Source: the human T2T-CHM13v2.0 reference genome, Homo sapiens. From it: a stretch of 64,000 nucleotides of DNA. Shown here in pieces: positions 39,301 to 54,480 of the stretch (positions are counted from its first letter, which is position 1; each line of letters begins with the position of its first letter). The position numbers and the translations under genes were made by a program. The notes below the pieces were generated by a model, which did not search any database, was not told the origin of the DNA, and worked only from the letters and a program-made list of their open reading frames with translations. The stretch lies in the NCBI RefSeq assembly GCF_009914755.1, contig NC_060937.1; one strand, written 5' to 3'.

Positions 39301-41239
39301 CATGTGTTGGTTGTGGGTCTAAGAGTTATCTGTGGGAAAAGGAGTAAAAAAGGAGAGCAATAAAAGCCAAATAAAATGAAAATAATACAATTAATGAAAA
39401 ATATTTTTTAACCTATGATATTATGAGATGTATGAATTTACAGAAATAAATGATTAAATGATTGTCTAATTAAGGTTTTTAAAGAGGAGATGATCATCAA
39501 TGAGCATTTTACCAAGCTGATGAATTAAAGATGGTAGACTAAATATAGTTACCTTCAAGCAATCTATTAAATGCCATTCATAATACTACAACTCCGTAAA
39601 GAATGAGAGAAACATATAAACAAACTAGAAGTTTGACCACACTTCTAGAATACAGGTAGCAGATTGCTATTTGTGGATAAAGAAGAGTAGTGGAAGCTAC
39701 AAGCCTCTGAAGAAATAAACTAAGCTTTGCAGCCACTACAAATGATGGTGAGAAGGTATGAGTACATCTCTTATGAGGACTGTTTGAAGGAACCAAGGTG
39801 CTTATCCGGGAAAATAGTTCCTTAGAAATTACAATTCTGTCTATCTAGCTGAATAGTTGCCCTGTGGGTTATTTTTTACTTCCAGCTTCCAAATATGGAT
39901 TCTCCAAAAATAGCTTACAACCAAATGGAACAAGACTGGTCCAGAAAATATGCATCAGAGCCATTAACTCCACAAAGGTAGAAAGTTATGTGAGAATTTG
40001 CCTTTGGAACTAGGATGCATTTGATTTCTCATAACTTTACCACTGGCATCCTACGACGATGATAATTCCAAACTTTTCTTTTAGGCAAAGTAAGAGACCA
40101 AATCAACCGCTTAGATATTCTCAAAATAGTCACATAGGTTCTTTGAAGATATTAAATAAACTTTTTTATTGTAAAGATGTTTCACATAATTACAACAACT
40201 TTAAAATTTTTATTCACAGCAGTCATGCATTATATTTTTAAATCTTGGATATATAATATGTAATTATAATAACAGCATCTTTACAATTTTTTGAGAGCAA
40301 TCATGTATTTTATTTTTAAATTGTGGACAGTCTTGAATAACTGAGGTAACAAAAGGTAAGGAAGAGGTTAATAGATAACATTGCCACAAGGAGAAAGTGA
40401 GAGTTAAGGCAGTTTTCTTCAATACGTCTTAGCTTTTTAGGATCTGGCTGGAAACTTCACTATAATTAAAAAAGATTATTTTTCAGTAAGGTGGAGAGAA
40501 GGGATGAAAAAATAAATAAAAATGCTAGAAGTCAACATGCATACCTTCACCTCTGCATCTCATAATTAATGATGCATAAATCATAACACTTAAAATAGGC
40601 AAGTTTTAATTGCTACATCATGACAAATCCCATTTAAAACAGTAATTTCATATTTCCAAAAAAGTTCAAATATAGGTCAATTTAGGAAAAGATAGGTTTT
40701 TAAAATTTCTTTCTTGCATACAAAGCAACAATTTTAAAAACGGAAAATCTGATTTCTTAAGCTATTTGCAAAGTGGTTACTAGCACATGGCCTAGCCCAA
40801 GTTGATACTTAATTTATAAATAATAAATGAATTAATAAAGAAACTGTAATAATGGTTTGCCCAATAACATGGTGCAAATCATCATTGAAATCCATGATCA
40901 GTGTTATGTGATGTATACCAGTATTATTGGAATCCTAATAAATTTGATTATGTGGTTATTTTTGTATTTAATCAGATAGCCACATAAAGAGTAAGACATC
41001 ATGTATCTCAACTAAAAAAGTTATTTTTAAATTGAATATAGCGATACATAGTAGTCTAAAAACACATTTTAAGGAGGAATGGAGTTTCTGAAGATGTTGA
41101 GGTCAACTTTTGAAATTTGCAGATTTGTGATAATATAGTAAAATAACAAACAGAAAGCTCAAGTAAAAAGGTACGAAATTGAGATCGATAACTCATTATA
41201 AAATGATTGGGCTACATTAAATCAGGGTGATTTATTAGA

Positions 41240-41356
41240 ATATAAGCTATGTAAGCTGAGAGAAATTGTCTATCTTGATTTTCATTTCTGCAGAAACTAA
41301 AAGAAATTCAGGCATGTATTAGGTGCAGAATACATATTTGTTGATTCGCTGAACTA
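41240..41356 (+). mobile_element. L2 3' end
   Basis: ggcatgtattaggtgcagaatacatatttgttgattcgctgaa. Confidence 0.6.
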
Positions 41357-41414
41357 AATTGCACAGACTTGCACATGTGTTAGTTGGATTTCCTCAATTT
41401 CAAAAAGAAGCTAA

Positions 41415-41492
41415 CATATATAAATATATACACATATATATATTTCATATATTTCATATAAGTATATAAATATACATATATTTATTTAAATA
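41415..41492. repeat. TA-rich low-complexity tract
   Basis: Imperfect (TA)n. Confidence 0.75.
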
Positions 41493-43754
41493 TGTGGCTT
41501 AAAATTACAGCATACTAATATGACACATTTTCTTAATATAATTAAATTTTAATACATTTAAATTTTTATCTAATTCTTATTATACTAATCGCATGCCTTT
41601 AATGTTACTGATTTTGTTTATGGATAAATTGTATAATATGAGTCAGTTAATTTGTTTTCCTACATGTATTTTTACTCCCTTGGGCAGTGAAAGGGGTAAA
41701 TGAAGTATACTAATAAGATTTCAAGTGATGAATTCTAATATGCATTACACATTAAAAAACAAATATGAAATGCATATACCATAAAATATCATGTTTTATC
41801 TCATGTATATTTCCATAATATAAACACTTCTCTAAGTAAATCAACAATTACTTTTTTTTCTTTGCAGCTACAGTGTTCCTGTAGTAGACTCATCTCATTA
41901 TTTGCGATAGTATCAACCTTGATTTTCTACAGGTGAAGAATGTCATGACCTTAATGAATTCGGGAAGTAAGCAAAGAATGTCTAAAATTAAGAATTTGTT
42001 TTTTAAGACTTCTATTTCTAAGAATATTATTAAATTTTATAAACATTTGAGATAGTCTTAAAAAGTCACCGTTCTCTTAAGAAGTTTTCATTTTCTGAAA
42101 CAACATTGATTAAGAATAATCTATACCTAAAGAATGTATTATTTTTCTGTCTCTATTTTTTTTTTATCCTTCTTCTTTTAAACATTTCTTGCTTGAGGTA
42201 CTTTTATGGAGGACGACTGAGTGGTGAGATTATATTCTTAGGAGGTTCCAGGAGCTCTCCATAGCTACTGGGTGTTCAACAACTTTTGCTGAGGTGCCTG
42301 CAGTGACAATTTGGGCTGCCAACAGGTGCTTGAGCTTCACTCTCTAAACTCTGGCTGCTATATTCAAATCAATGGATGCTTTCTTCTTGCTTCACTTTGT
42401 TTTAGCAAATTCTTCACCTCTAGGTACTTTCATTAATTAAATACATTTTTCTGACAACATCTAGATATTGCAGATACTGTGTTCAGTGTTAACTCACCAC
42501 GATGGGAAAGAAAAAAGAAAAAAATGTTCTAAAGACAAGAAGCATAAGTACTGGCAGAAGGCAAACAAGAAAATAGACAGCTATAAAACTCTGTATAAGT
42601 TAATGTAGAGTCATTCATAGTTGTTTTTTGGTGGTTTTTCCTTGCTTTTTAAAAAAAGAATCTAATGGAAAATTAGGCACCAAGTTGGCAGAGAGAAGGA
42701 AAACAGAGGGCCACAAGGGTGAATTTGAAAGCCTGAAACCAAAATTGAGTCTGAGACTTAAGGAATGTGTAGAGAATGAAACTGGATAAAGAGGAAGTAG
42801 AAACTTGGATTTATATGAGGGTGAGGGGAGTAGATAGCATGAAAAGAAAGAAAAAACTAGCATGGTATGACTATATGTTGGTGAGGGATGTTAGAAAATA
42901 TGCAGTTAGGCAACGTCAGAGAATAAAGCACAGGGATATGGCAACTTGTGAGGCTGGAGAGGCAAGTAGTAAATAAATATTAAAATGGCACAATTAATTG
43001 TTTAATGTGATGTTACCTGAGTTTACATATTTAGCTATTTGTGTTACTTTTTAAATTGTCTACTTTAGCTAAATATGTATAATTTTTCCTTATTTAATCT
43101 AAATTTATTGACTAGGTGTTTTACTATCGTATATGTTTCCACATTATTTCATTTAATTTATTTCATATATGTTACCTTCTTTCCAATATGTTGCATTACA
43201 TGATTTAAATAACTTCCAGTATGTTAATTAGATTAATCAAGTTACTCTATCTTTAGATGAAATACTTTATGCAAATATAAAAAGTCAGTCTTGAAGTGGT
43301 TTTTCTCATCCTTTGGCATGGTTGTTAATCCTCTCTGCTCTTTCCATCTCTCACATAGGCCTGCTCCCTATACATTCATTCCAAAGACGAGTCCTTAAAC
43401 TCAAAAACCAGTAACTAAGCAGTGTACCATAGTTACAGACAAAAAATAAAATAATACTTATTTTTAAAAATAATCTCTCCTTTTCTTAAGCTAACAATTA
43501 TTCTGCTGTTAGTAATAAGATAAATGGATACCTTAGCCATTTCCCAACCTGGATACCAATGTCTGGGAAACCTTATCTGTGTTCTTATGCATTGTTAAAG
43601 AGCAATGTTTAGCAGAAAATTCACGATATAAAATAGAGCATTTCCATAACTAATGACAACAGGGCTAACTTATGAAGAGAGCAGGACAAAAGAAAGAAGT
43701 CGGTGGAAATTTCATGAAGGAAAAATTTCAAAACATCTCAAGTTTATACTTTAC

Positions 43755-44900
43755 ATTTTTTTAATTAGGTAAAGTTAGATAGTATACAATTTATCAATTA
43801 TGAGTATACATTTTGGTGCATTTTAACAAATGTATACAACCACATAATCATTATCATACATTTCCATATTCCTAAAATGTTTCTTCATATCCCTTTGCAA
43901 TTAGTGCACCTCTCCCTCCTCCTACCACCCACCTTCAGTGCCTGGAAGCCACAGAGCTGCCTTCTGTCATTACAATTTTGCCTGTTTTTAAGGATGTTAT
44001 ATAAATGGAAACATGTACCATTTGTTACTGACATTTCATTTACCACAGACTTTTAAGGTTTGTTGGTTTTAGTCGGCTGAATGAGGGCACTCCAATATGT
44101 TCACGTCCTAATGCCAGGACCTGAAAATAGTGCCCTACATGTCAAAAGAATACAAATAATGACTAAGAGACATGTGTCCGCAAATCAATGCATGCTAACA
44201 GTCAGCAGAGCTAGAAGAGGCAAGGAATAGATTATCCTCTAAAGCATCCAGACAGTGAGACTACTAACACCTTGATTTTGGACTTCTGGCCTCCCAAACT
44301 GTGAAAGAATACATTCTCTTGTTTTAAGCCACGAAATTCGTGGTAATTAATTGCAGCAGCCTTAGGAAACAAATACAGCTATGGTACATATAAGTCTGTT
44401 CTTTTGTATTGTTGAACAAAGTAACCTTATGTAAATATACCAAAATTTCAGTAGATGTTTGGGTGTTTTCCCATTTTTTGCTATTAATCAAACTTGCATG
44501 AGTATAATATGCCTTTCATGGACATAAGTTTTGCTACCTCTTGGAAAAGACAGTGGAATTGATATGTCATATAAGCATATGTTTAACTTTAAAAGAAACT
44601 GCTAAACTATTTTCCAAAGTGTCTATATTGTGCAATCTATTAGAAATGTGTGAGAATTTGCTCTGCACCCCTGCTAGCGCTTGGTATTTTCAGGGATTTT
44701 ATTAGTTTTCACATTTATTTTATTTTACTTTCTTTGAAACGTTATTGGGTGTGTTACAGTATCAGTATCTCACGTTGGTTTTAATTGCATTTTCTAATAA
44801 CAAATTATATGGAGCATCATCTCATGTACCGATTTATCATCTATCTTCTTTGACAAAGTATGTGTTCCCATCATTTGTCCATATATTTATTGGATTTGGT
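43755..44900 (-). mobile_element. L1MC/ME-type 3' end split by MLT1
   Basis: aacaaatgtatacaaccacataatc...ccctttgcaattag; resumes tttaactttaaaagaaactgc...ggttttaattgcatttt. Confidence 0.7.
44068..44377 (+). mobile_element. MLT1B/C/D-like LTR, internally deleted
   Basis: gctagaagaggcaaggaatagatt...ttggacttctggcctcc...gcagcagccttaggaaacaaataca. Confidence 0.85.
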
Positions 44901-45143
44901 GATTCTTTTATTTTGTTTGGGCTGCAATAACAAAGTATAACAAACTGAGTGGCTTAAGCAGGAGAAATTGATTGCCCCACAGTTCTGGAGATTAGCGTTT
45001 GAGATCCAGCTGTCAGCAGGGCTTGTTCTCTCTGGGCTATAAGGAAGAATCTACCCCATGCCTCCCCACTAGATGCTGGTGTTTTGCTGGAAATCTTTGG
45101 GGTTTCTTGGCTTGTCACTCTATTTGTCTTATGTTATGTTCTT

Positions 45144-45167
45144 TGTGTGTGTGTGTGTGTGTGTGTG
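45144..45167. repeat. (TG)12 microsatellite
   Basis: Perfect run. Confidence 0.95.
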
Positions 45168-45180
45168 TATCTACCTTTAA

Positions 45181-45499
<319 letters not shown>

Positions 45500-45789
45500 A
45501 AATTTTCTCTTTTTATAAGAACACCAGTAACATTGGATTAAGTCTTAATGACACTAAAGACCTCATTTCAACTTAATTACCTCTATAAAGAGCTTATTTT
45601 CACATGGAGTCACATTCTGAAATACTGGAGGTTAGGAATCCAACACAGGAATGTGGGGAGTTCACACAAACAGTGGTGAGTTAAAGGAGTTCCGTATCAT
45701 ATTAGACATGCTGAATCGGTGGTTCCTTGTGTCCCGTGGATATGCCCAGCTGATTGTATATTGGTGTATTCCTGAGTAATGAAGGCTAT

Positions 45790-46180
45790 GGTAGACAAAT
45801 ACTTTAAAGAGTTATCAAAGTCTATATTAAAATAGAATCTGTGAAAGTAGATAAAATTGCCAAGGGTAATGGCAAAAGGGGACAGGAGCCTGGGCCAGAA
45901 ACTTGAGGTGAAATTATTTAAAGAATAATTAAATAATTATCACAAATAAAAACATAACTCTATAAAGAAAACTGATAAGGGGAAGTAAATGATATATAAC
46001 AAAAAAATATATAAGATTGTTGTAGGGCTATAGTTAATTATGCCAAACACTGCTAAGAGGTTAAATGAAATTAAAACAAAAGGTGTCCCTGGTTTTGGTA
46101 AGATGGAGCTGGTTGGTCAAGATAATGGAAGCACTTTCAACAAAATGGTGGGGATAGGATCCTAATTATGATGTGGTGGT
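45790..46180 (-). mobile_element. L2 fragment
   Basis: tgccaaacactgctaagaggttaaatgaaatt...gtgtccctggttttggtaagatggag. Confidence 0.55.
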
Positions 46181-46741
46181 AGAGTCTTTTTGCTGGAAAA
46201 CTTATGGCATCATCAACTTACTGCTTAGAGATTGAGATATTATTATATCAAGGAACCTGGGGACTCTGGGTAAGTCCAAAATTACAGAAAACATTTCCAT
46301 TTTTTTATTTTAAGAAATACATTTCTTTTTAAGCATGTTTTCATTAATTAGGCAAGTGTCAGGATTGGATTTGGGGAAACACATAATCTTACTCGACAAA
46401 TCTGATGTTAAAAGTAATAACAATAACAATAACAAATCATAGACATGATAGAATTTATGTGATTATTTTATGCCTTGAGTTTCCAATCTGTTTGGCCACC
46501 ATGCGGCAGGAGGATAGACTTAACTGCTGGCTTCACCTACAACCTGTTTTCTCACTGTCAGCTCAACACATCAGGAACATCTAATATAATACTTACATAA
46601 AGTTTCTATTGTTCCTGATTAGAATCTACACTATGATATCATCTTTAGGTTTCTTTCTCTATGGAGCTCTTCTTTCATCTGAAGGTCAATTTGTTTGTAT
46701 TGTCAAACTTGCATTCATTCTATGCTACCCTCAATTAATGA

Positions 46742-47065
<324 letters not shown>

Positions 47066-47679
47066 TCACATCAGATTTTATTGAGATAGTCCAAACCAGA
47101 TTTTTCTCCTTCAGCTTCAATCTACACACACAATTCATTCTAAATAAGTTACCATTGGCCCTATATTTTGCCCAATCCAATTCGTAAATATTCTGTGAAT
47201 CATAGCCAGATGAAAGTAGCACACATTTATTTTTTTTCTAAGTTATTATATACTGAAATTTTAAATTATCCCAAGCCAAAGTGATTACAACTTTTTAAAA
47301 AATCAGTAATATATATTACATTTGTGATTTATATCATGTAGGTAACATGAATATCTTTCTGTTACAACAAATTTGACATATTAAATTGAAAATGGCTTCA
47401 TAGTTTTATAATCCATAACATATAGCTCATTGCTAGACAGTAAATACCAAATATAAACTTGTTGATTAATTTTATAATTGAGGAAATGGATAGCATAAAA
47501 TCTTTCATTAAAACACATTTCATATACATTAATGAATTTTATCTTTTGTCATTCTGAGGGGAAATGGAAGATTTTTCTTTTCAATCAAATGGTAAATGTC
47601 AGATAAATCATTAGAGTTTGTAAAATTACCCACTAATCAAATTATTATTTATAGATTTTCACAGTGGATACATTCACCT

Positions 47680-48620
47680 TACACACATTTATGGAGTGCT
47701 TACCCTGAGTCAGACATTGCACAAGAAGTATGATTAAAGTATTGAACAAGACTGACAAGTTCCTGCCATGTTGGAGCTTGCATTTTAGAGAGAGTGACAG
47801 ACAATACAGTAAACAAGTGATTCAATCATGTTTAATGGGAGTTGAAGCTTCTTGAGATTCAGCAACTCATGCTGGACCTCGAGGAACCTGCCAAACTAAG
47901 AGACAGAGAGGAATATTCTACTTATGGTTAAGGACAAAGCCCCCAAGGCATCAATATTATGTATTAGCAATGGTGCTCAGATTTCAGCATAATCAAAATC
48001 ACATGGAGCTCTCATTAAAATCCAGTTGCTTAGTCCCACACCAAGAGTTTCTGAATCAATAGATCTTGAGTGGTACTCGAGAATTTTCATTTCTATTATT
48101 TCCCAGGTGGTGTTTATGCTACTGGTTCAGGGACCACACTTTGAGAAACACTGGGTTAAAGATATTAATAGATACCAATGAGGCTAATGTATGGAGGACA
48201 ATTGTATCATACAAAAAGGATGACAGCAATTTTAAAAATGGAAACAGTACACCGGAGTGAGGTCACAGGCTCACATTGATCACAATAAGAAGTTTGAATT
48301 TATTCTAAGTGCAATGAGAAGACATTGAAGGGTTTTCAGCAGGGGAGTATTATGATCTGATTTACATTTTAAAAGTATTGCTCTGGTTGCTATTAATAAA
48401 ATGTACTGTATTAGTGAAAGAGGAAATAGAGAGACTTGTATAAGGTCATTGTAGTAGTCTGATAAGAGAGAATAATGTTTTGTACAAGGAATATGTCAGC
48501 AGAAATGGATTTGCTGAAAGAACAAATGTGGGGATTGAGCAAAGGGATAAATCAAGAATGACTTTTAAGATTTTGGATTGAGTACCTGAATGCCTTTATT
48601 AAGAGGGGGATGAATAACAA
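47680..48620 (-). mobile_element. L2 split by MER5A
   Basis: catttatggagtgcttaccctg...ggagcttgcattttag; ttgaatttattctaagtgcaatgagaagacattgaagggttttcagcagggg. Confidence 0.75.
47968..48153. mobile_element. MER5A hAT-Charlie MITE
   Basis: caatggtgctcag...agagtttctgaatca...gggaccacactttgagaaacactg. Confidence 0.85.
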
Positions 48621-49004
48621 CAGAGAAGATCCAGAGAAGTTGCTATTACTTTGTTAATGTTGCTGGACCTTGAACCACATTTTGAATAGCACTGATGTAG
48701 AGGTTGTGTAAAAGAATATAAAGATGATTGATATCCTTGACAGGAAAAGCTTTAGTTCAAAAATGTGGATAGAAGCCTGGTTTTAATGGTCTAAAGTAAA
48801 AAAAAAAAAAAGGAGAAATGTAAGTAATTGGAGGTGACATGTGATGGCAAAACTTTTCAGATGATTTTTAGGACAAAAAAATGGGCTATTAACTAGAGAA
48901 GATTTTAAGTTCATAGATATTTAAGTTAAGAAATATTAGAATTAATTTATGTATTTGTAGAAATCATCAGCAGAGCAAGAAAAACTGGTAAGATAAAATA
49001 AAGA

Positions 49005-49373
<369 letters not shown>

Positions 49374-50848
49374 TTAGATAGGACAAAGGTCATTATTTTT
49401 CTTGTAACTAGATGCCAGATGGAGACTATGGTAGAGTATAATACTAGGTTTGTTGGTGGAATTGAGATAAAGTTATTCTATAGGGTTTCTATTTTCTCAG
49501 TGGAATACGATGCAAGGCAATCAGCTGAGAGGGGGTGAAAAGAGAGGAAGTCTTAAATCATTATCTTGGACATTAGGCATGTGAAATTATTTTAGAGTCT
49601 TCTCCATATTTCTTGGCAGTATTGACCATTTGGTGTATGGGATCGTGAATTTAAATTGAACACATGTAGCCAGCAGTCAGTGTACCCAACAATTTCAAAT
49701 ATTAAGATGAACGCCCAGAGAGGAGGATAACTGGCTTCAACCAGAATAAGGATTTTGCTAGTAGTAGAAGGGGAGAAATAAAAGGAAGAGTTGAAATGTT
49801 TGGAAGGGAATAATTACATTATTATACCAGGGAATATAATCAGGCAAGGTGAAAAGTGATGGCTAGAATAAATAATGAATTGTAAAAGATAACTCAATGA
49901 ATGAGTGATCTACAGACAATTCAAGAATTATGAGGATAGGCATAGAGTTAGTGATCTGGAAGGATAGGCCTTTCATACAAATAATTTGCTGCCCAAATAA
50001 TAATGCTGTTTGTTTTAACATACATTGCATCTTTTCTCAAAGTTACACTAAAATGTGCCAGCCTGCACATTTTGCTACATTCCTGCGCATTCCTTACTAC
50101 ATTCTCACGTAGTAAGGAAACCATGATGGAGGGAGAATGGATATCAGAAACAAGTTAGCCCTAAAGAGAGCAGAAAAAAGAAAAGAAAGAAACAACAGAG
50201 AAAATCAAGGGAAAACTCATTTCTTCCCTTGATTTTCCATAGAATTTACCATACCATATAAATTAAAAGCAATAAATATATGTGAATATTCCTTTTGTAA
50301 GGAGATAAATTGTTTCTTATGGGAGACAGTCTTTTACAGAAAATTATTTGGTTCTGTATTTCTTGTTCAGCTACTGGAATTATCTCTTCTGTTACTTTTC
50401 TTGAAAGATAAGAAGAAGTAACAATCACTGAGGAAAAATAATGGGTAACCTGAAAAGATTCTCTTATCTATAAAAATAAAACCAAACAAAACACTCCATT
50501 ACTCGTGAAAAATAAACACACAGCATCTTGGTAAACTCTACTATATAAATAAAGCTTCCTTTTACTCGTTGATGTTTTTCTTTTCCTTTTTCTTTACTGA
50601 GTATTTTCTGTTCTTTTTCTTTTCTAATTGTATCTCATTGTCATTCAATTTTCTCACTTAACTGGTGCCTTATATATACTTACTCCCTAAAGATGTATGA
50701 TGATCCCATATCTTCTTAATTGCTTAGTACCAAACTAAACATATATGACTTGTTTTATACACATAATTTCCACGTCCACTTTCAGTCGTTGACTCTCCTA
50801 CCTTGGTGAGCCAGAAAGTTTTGATTCCCAAAAACGATTCAAGTTAGT

Positions 50849-51776
50849 GTTTGTAATTCTCATTATAGAAATCTTTCACCTCCTTCACAAGCTGGGTTCC
50901 TAGGTATTTTATTCTTTCTGCAGCTATTGTGAATGGGGTTGTGTTCTTGATTTGGCTCTAAGCATGGACATTATTGGTGTATAGAAATGCTGCTGATTTA
51001 TGTACATTGATTTTGTATCATGAAAATTTACTGAAGTCATTTATCAGATATAGACACCTTCTGGGAGAGTCTATGGAGTTTTCTAGGTATAGAATCATAT
51101 TATCTGTGAAGAGAGATAGTTTGACTCCCTTTCTTCCTACTTGCATGTCTTTTATTTCTTTCTCTTCCCAATTGTTCAGGCTGGGACTTCCAGTACTATG
51201 TTGAATAGAAGTTGTGAGAGTGGTCATCCAGTTCTCAGAGGGAATGCTTCTAGCTTTTGCCCATACAGTATGATGTTGGCTAAAAAGACACATGCACTCA
51301 TATGTTCACTGCAGCACTGTTCACAATAGCAAAGGCATGGAATCAACCAAGATGTCCATCAATGGTGGATTAAAGCAAATGTGATATATGTACACCATGG
51401 AATATTACATAGCCATTAAAAGAACAAAATTACATTCTTTGTAGCTAAATGGATACAGCTTGAGGCCATTATTCTAAACAAACTAATGTAGGAACATGAA
51501 ACCAAGTACCACATGCTCTCACTTATAAGCAGGAGCTAAACATTGAATACACATGGACACAATGATGGAAACAACAGACACTGGAGATCTCTTGAGAAGA
51601 GAGGGTGGAATGGGGGCTTGGGTTGAAAGGATATCTATTTGTACTATGCTTACTACCTGGGCGATGGGATAATTGGTAGACCAAGCTTCAGTGGCATGCA
51701 ATTTACCCATGTAACAAACCCACATATGTACCTCTGGAACCTATAATACAAGTAGAAGAAGAAAAAAAGAAGAAAG
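50849..51776 (+). mobile_element. L1PA15/16-like 3' end with an inverted ORF2 segment
   Basis: 50849-51281 is antisense RT region (KLSLFTDNMILYLE in ORF 51018-51293); 51282-51776 is sense 3' end with an A-rich tail. Confidence 0.88.
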
Positions 51777-51779
51777 AAA

Positions 51780-54480
51780 AAGGATCTCAAAGTAGTCATG
51801 GAAGTTCCTAACTCAATAAATTAGAAAAAGAAGAGCAAAATAAAACTAAGCAAATAGAAGAAAGGATACCATAAAGGTAAAAGCAAAAATCAATGAAATT
51901 TAAAACAGACAATAAATAGAAAAAACTAATAAAACCAAAAGCTCGTTCTTTCAAAATACATGTTTTAAAAAAATTATAAAACTCTAACAAAACTGACAAA
52001 AATAAAGAGGACACAAGTAATCAATATCAGAAATCACAATGCAGCCTGCAGCCTTTGAAAGCATAATAAGGTATTAATAACAAAGAATTTGACATGCATA
52101 ACTTCAGCAACTTAGATAAAATATAACAATTATAGAAACATCATGAGTTACCAAAACTAAGAAAAGATGAGATAAATAAACTGAATAGTCTGTAATCATT
52201 AAAGAAATGTGTTTTTAAAAGACACTAAAATTAGTATGTAAAGGTCTGTATGGTTTCTCTATAGAATTTCACTGAATGTTAAAAAAAATTAACACAAAAT
52301 CTATACAATTTTATCTAGAAAATAGTAGAGAATAAAACACTTCTGAACTTATTTTATGAGGAAAGTATTATCTTGGTAACAAAACATTCAGGAACCACCC
52401 CACGAAAGAAAGTTATAAGTCAATATATCTAATAAACTTACATAAAAATCCTCAAAATATTAGCAAATCTAATCTACCAATTCATAAAATAATAATAGAT
52501 TTACAAATGAAATATATTTCTGTATGCAAACTAAGCTTAATATTTTAAAAGTGTTCAATGTAGCCTACCATATCAAAAGGCTAAAGAAAAAAATTATATG
52601 ATCATATCAATGAAGTCAAAAAACAATTTGACAAAATGAAACTGATTTATGACAAAAATTTGCACACTGGAAATAGAGAACATCTCAGCTTAATAAAGAT
52701 CATTTATACAATAATTAAACAAAAATCATGTATCTATTATCATACTTGATGATAAAATTCTGAGAGCTTTCTGTCTAAAAATACAGAACAAGACAAAGAT
52801 GTCCACTAACTATTCTTATTCAATGTGTAACTGAAAATTCTAGCCAGTGCAATAAGGCAATCAAAAGGAATAATGATCATACTTATTTGAAAAAAGAAAT
52901 AAAGTTACTTCCATTTTCATATGGCATGACTCTATATGAAGAAATTTCCAAAGAATATACAAAAACTTCTAAAGATAAGAAGTTATTTCAGTGAGGTTAC
53001 ATGATATAATATCAACATATAAAAATCAATTATGATCCCTTATTCTATCAACAAATAAGTGAAAACTGAAAATAAAAATACAACCCTATTAACCATTACT
53101 CCAAGTAAATAAAATCTTTCATTTTCATACAAAATAAAATCTTGTATCTAGAATGACAGAGCACTTGTATCTAAGAAAGTATGTATAGGATATAATGATA
53201 AAGGTTACAAATGCTGATGAAAGACATTGAAGAAGGAGATCATTGGAAAGATATATATGCTCATAGAATAGAAGATTCAACATAGTAAAGGATGGATTCT
53301 CTTCAGATCGCTTTCAAAATCTCAGCAATAATTTTTGCAGACATATACAAACTTATTCTAAATTTTATGCCGAAAGATAAAGGTCCTTGAATAACCAAAA
53401 CAATTTTGAAAAATAGTAAGTGGAAGTAATCACTCTTCTCAAGGTTAAGGTACACTATATAGAGATAGCATTTAGGACTGTGTGGTATCAGTAGAGGAAC
53501 AGACACAGAAGTTAATGTAACAGAACAGAAAACCCAGAAATAACCAACATAATTGTGCGCAATTAATTTTTGACAAAAGAGCAAAAACAATTCAACTGAA
53601 AAGGCCCATCCTCTTCAACTTTCTAGGCAAAATATCCAATTGGATATTTTATATGAGTAATTGGACATTCATAAATTCAAATTGGACATTTAACCTTAAC
53701 AAAAGTGTCACAACTTATACAGAAACTAATTCAAAGAGGATTGTGGGCTTAAATGTAAACATAAAGTTATAAAACCTCTAGAAAAAAAATGAGAAAATCT
53801 TTGATAACTGGGACTAGGAAAAGAGTTCTGAGATTTGACACCAACATATACTCCATAAAAGGAAAAAAATTGATAAATTGGTTTTCTTCAAAATTAAAAA
53901 GTCTGTTTCCATGAAACAAGCTGTTGATATAATTACAAATGATATATTGAAATAAAATATTTGCAAATTTATATCTGATAGAGTACTTGTATCTAGAATT
54001 TTTTAAAACTCTCAAACCTCAACAGTATAAAAAATCCAATTAGGAATATGCAAATGACATGAGCAAACATTTTACCAGAAGATACACAGATACCGAATAA
54101 GTACATTAAAAGATAATTAAAATTATCCATTAATAAAATATAAATTAAAACCTCAATGAGATATCACTATATGTCTATAAGAATGACTAAAATAAATACT
54201 AGTGACAACATGAAATCCTGGCAAGGATACAGAGAAAGTCCACCACTCATACATTGCTGGTGGGTAGCATTGTAAAAATGGTACAGCTGCTCTCAAAAAC
54301 ACTTTGGCAGTTTCTTTAAAAACTACACATGAAACCACCATATGACCTAGCCCCTTTGAGCACTGATCTCAGGGAAATGAAATTTATGTTTACATAAAAA
54401 CTTTTTATGAATGTTTATACTGGCTTTATTCCTTTATAAAATTATTTTAGTATGCATTATGATATGTGAATTCTATCACT
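51780..54480 (+). mobile_element. L1MB/MC-type ORF2 and 3'UTR, diverged
   Basis: Continuous L1 motifs (tagaaaaagaagagcaaa, tctagccagtgcaataaggcaa, aattaatttttgacaaaagagcaaa). Confidence 0.85.

Noticed and set aside
46493-46510. CTCF-like tggccaccatgcggcagg
   Set aside because: Mismatches at strongly conserved core G positions
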